From the NCBI GenBank assembly GCA_002633005.1, contig NMRA01000027.1:1291788-1355787 (forward strand): a stretch of 64,000 nucleotides of DNA, read 5' to 3'. The DNA is from Phoronis australis (Eukaryota; Animalia; Phoronida). Shown here in pieces: positions 61,422-64,000 of the stretch (the first letter of the stretch is position 1; each line of letters begins with the position of its first letter). The notes under the pieces were generated by a model. That model ran no database searches, was not told the origin of the DNA, and worked only from the letters and a program-made list of their open reading frames with translations. A program made the translations under genes and the position numbers.

Positions 61422-63491
61422 AGGCCACCCTGTCCCTGCCAGTCCTCACGAAGTCGGGGAGTCCCATTTAGTCTTCTTAAATTTGAAACAGCCGTTGGTC
61501 GCCGCAGCCGTGCCCCAGATGTTGTCTCTGCTTGAGAATGAGTCGTGATCACACAACCAAAGTAGTGAACTGTCGGAATTCTGGACCCAGTCTCGAATCT
61601 TTTTACTCGAAATGGAACTCGAAATAATGTTTGGCATTTTTTAATCTACTTTTGTGCGAACTCAAGATAAGTGTCCATTACTCAATGCTCGAATACATAA
61701 TGACTTACGTGGATGATTGATTAGTCCTAGTTTGCAGTTGACAAATCCAACATTAAAGCTAAAAGTTTGAGTTTAAACTCGAAATTTCGAGTTTTTACTC
61801 GAGTTTGTAGCACGCATATAAGGGTTTTTAAGTGCAAACTTGGACTAGAAACTCATATGCATATAATTATTCGAGCACAATCTGATAACCACTAATCTTG
61901 AGTTCGCATAAAAGGAGCAGAGAAATTGCCAAAAATAATTTCCAGTTTGTTTTGAGTACAAAGATTAGGACCGGGCCCAGGGTTTGGAATAGTGGAAATT
62001 CAAAGTAGTGATCTTTAGAAGATAACGAACCTTCGGAGTAATGGGCATTGACTTCGGAGTATTTAACCTTCGTCATAGTGACATGGAACCCTGGAAATCT
62101 TTTCCATCTAGTTTGTGGCTCGTATGAAGTCTGCAGGGTTGTGCACCATTGACATTGATTGACTAGAGAAGATTTTCATCGACCAAAGTTGAGGTCTATG
62201 CCTATCTTTCCATCATAACGTCAAAATGCTCAACGGTGTATTCTCAGTGCAAGAAAACACAGTAGTTGAAGGTCTGGATTTTAGCACGACGGAGGACTGC
62301 CTATAATGAACTTACTGTCAGCATGTGCTGAATTTAAAGAACAGAAACGTTCAAACGTGTACACGCATGCATGTCAATTCATCAATCAACAATCAAAGTG
62401 GACACTGGTTGAACAACATATTTGCATATTTGACGATCACTTTCAATTCAAAATTTGAAAATGCCTACACTTCTACCGTACTATGGTTGCAATGAAACTA
62501 AAAATAGCAGAAAAACAAATCCTAATTTTTCTGCTGTTTTGTTCCTTGGCCGAGTTTAAGGCATTTACACCGCACTACTTTTTGGGAGTTCTCTCGTTGT
62601 TAATTACATTAACATGAAGCTTACTTAGGTCTTTGGGCTAGACTTTTATGCTTAGGTATAGACATTAACTTCTGGACTCACTTGTTACCCTTTGTTTTAG
62701 CCACCACGGGCGTGGTTTATGAATAACATAAAGCCTCCTCTTATCGTATGCACATTCCTGTCATCTACACAAACAGCTGCACTTGGGCGAAGTTTGCCGG
62801 GTTCGGTCCGACGCCACGTGACGCGGTTTGAATCAGAAGCGAATTCAAAATTATTGCTAACTTAATTATCATTGTAGTTAGCACCAGTAGCTGCAACATT
62901 TTTGTTGTTATTGTCCAATTAAACCCTATTTTTAACGAATATGCTGGGGGGTGGACCTTTTCAGCTGGGTCGGGGTTCGATCGAACCCTCCCCCGGTTAC
63001 TTGCTATGGGCCTGTACTATTAATGATAAAAGTAAAAAAGGTGAAGCATAAACTAGATTCTTTATTTAGTTCAACTGCAATTCAGTCACTATTTCCAAAC
63101 GTATTACACATAGTGGTTGGATACACCCTTCCCCAATATGGATGCCCGGATCCGTCGCCACGGTGGCTGAGCACCATATACAACATCTATGGATAATTAA
63201 CTCGAACGTGTTTTATATTCACTATAAAGACCAAAAGCGAACAGTTCCATTGCCCGCATATCTGTGAAATGGTTGTCAATCTAACTAAACTGAAAAAGTA
63301 ATAGGACTCGTTATACCCACGAATCAGTTGTGAATAACATATTCGCAACATGAACAGAATTTTGTATCTACGTTACAGTTTTGATAGTTTCCACGAAATC
63401 TAACACGGCCGTACGTACTCAATATCAGGTGCCGCAGAGGTGTTTTCAGCCTTTTTGGAGAACACCATATCAAACATAAAAATACAGACTG

Positions 63492-63800
63492 TTACAAAGA
63501 GAGGTCAACAAGCAATCTATTGAAGTTCTTCCTCGTACGTAGCACTGAGAACGCACCGTTTTCCAGCGCTTCACGTAATATTGGGTTTGCCAATTTCAAC
63601 TTTTGGCAAAACAATGTTCCCCATCTGGCGTAGTTTGGGCGGTTCAGGACAAAGAATACATCTAGCGTAGTCGGGAAAATGTTGATATAGCCACTGAAGT
63701 CATTGTTCTTGACGCATCTCTGGAGTTCTCTGTGGGCTCGGTTGATGAGAAAGACGAAGGTTGCCCAAAACTGACCAATTTTGCCAAATTTGCCATTAAT
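63492..63800 (-). pseudogene. Fragment of an invertebrate DNA-transposase-like protein (NYARW family); superfamily not assigned
   Basis: FFVLNRPNYARW...NP...ENGAFSVLRTRKNFNRLLVDLSL* matches my recollection of a widespread transposon-associated motif (NYARW..G.F.V.RT...F....D...EQ), here truncated by a stop. Confidence 0.6.
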
Positions 63801-64000
63801 CACTGTGTGAAATGAAGGTAGATGGCGCGCAAACATAACGCAGGCGACAGCAAAAGACGGAATTTTTATTATTATTCATTTTAGCAGTTGCATCAAATGA
63901 CTCGTCCGAAAACAAAAGGACGCAGTTTAAACTGGTAAAATAGGACAACGAAAAATGAAAATTAGTGCAAACACAATGTGATATCCGTCTTGGACGGGTT

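Noticed and set aside
60826-61552. ORFs of 192-213 aa
   Set aside because: Their length comes from the N gap.

Overview
Eukaryotic (intron-containing, invertebrate-like) genomic DNA with two large N gaps (42118-42833, 60982-61421). Two multi-exon genes were reconstructed by hand and sit head-to-head, 226 bp apart: amphiphysin/BIN1 (minus strand, 12 coding exons, ~470 aa, N-BAR + SH3, 20705-43851) and PSMD3/Rpn3 (plus strand, 10 coding exons, ~501 aa, 44078-58098). An intronless, atypical class-A GPCR lies at 11967-12974 (minus). The rest is rich in decayed and non-autonomous mobile elements: two Kolobok-like TTAA elements with THAP remnants, a Harbinger derivative, a frameshifted DDE integrase-core gene next to an alternating palindromic 21-bp array, an RLE-type non-LTR retrotransposon remnant, a hAT-like element with a perfect 8-bp TSD and a nested MITE, and several CA..TG elements with 5-bp TSDs. 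Most notable: a 69-bp in-frame duplication of the PSMD3 exon-2 splice acceptor, a candidate SH3-less alternative last exon and a tyrosine-motif-rich linker in amphiphysin, and the integrase/palindrome-array pair. A ~1.8-2 kb PSMD3 exon-6 duplication is probably a haplotype assembly artefact. I see no convincing wholly new biological system. Family assignments come from motif recognition, not database searches.
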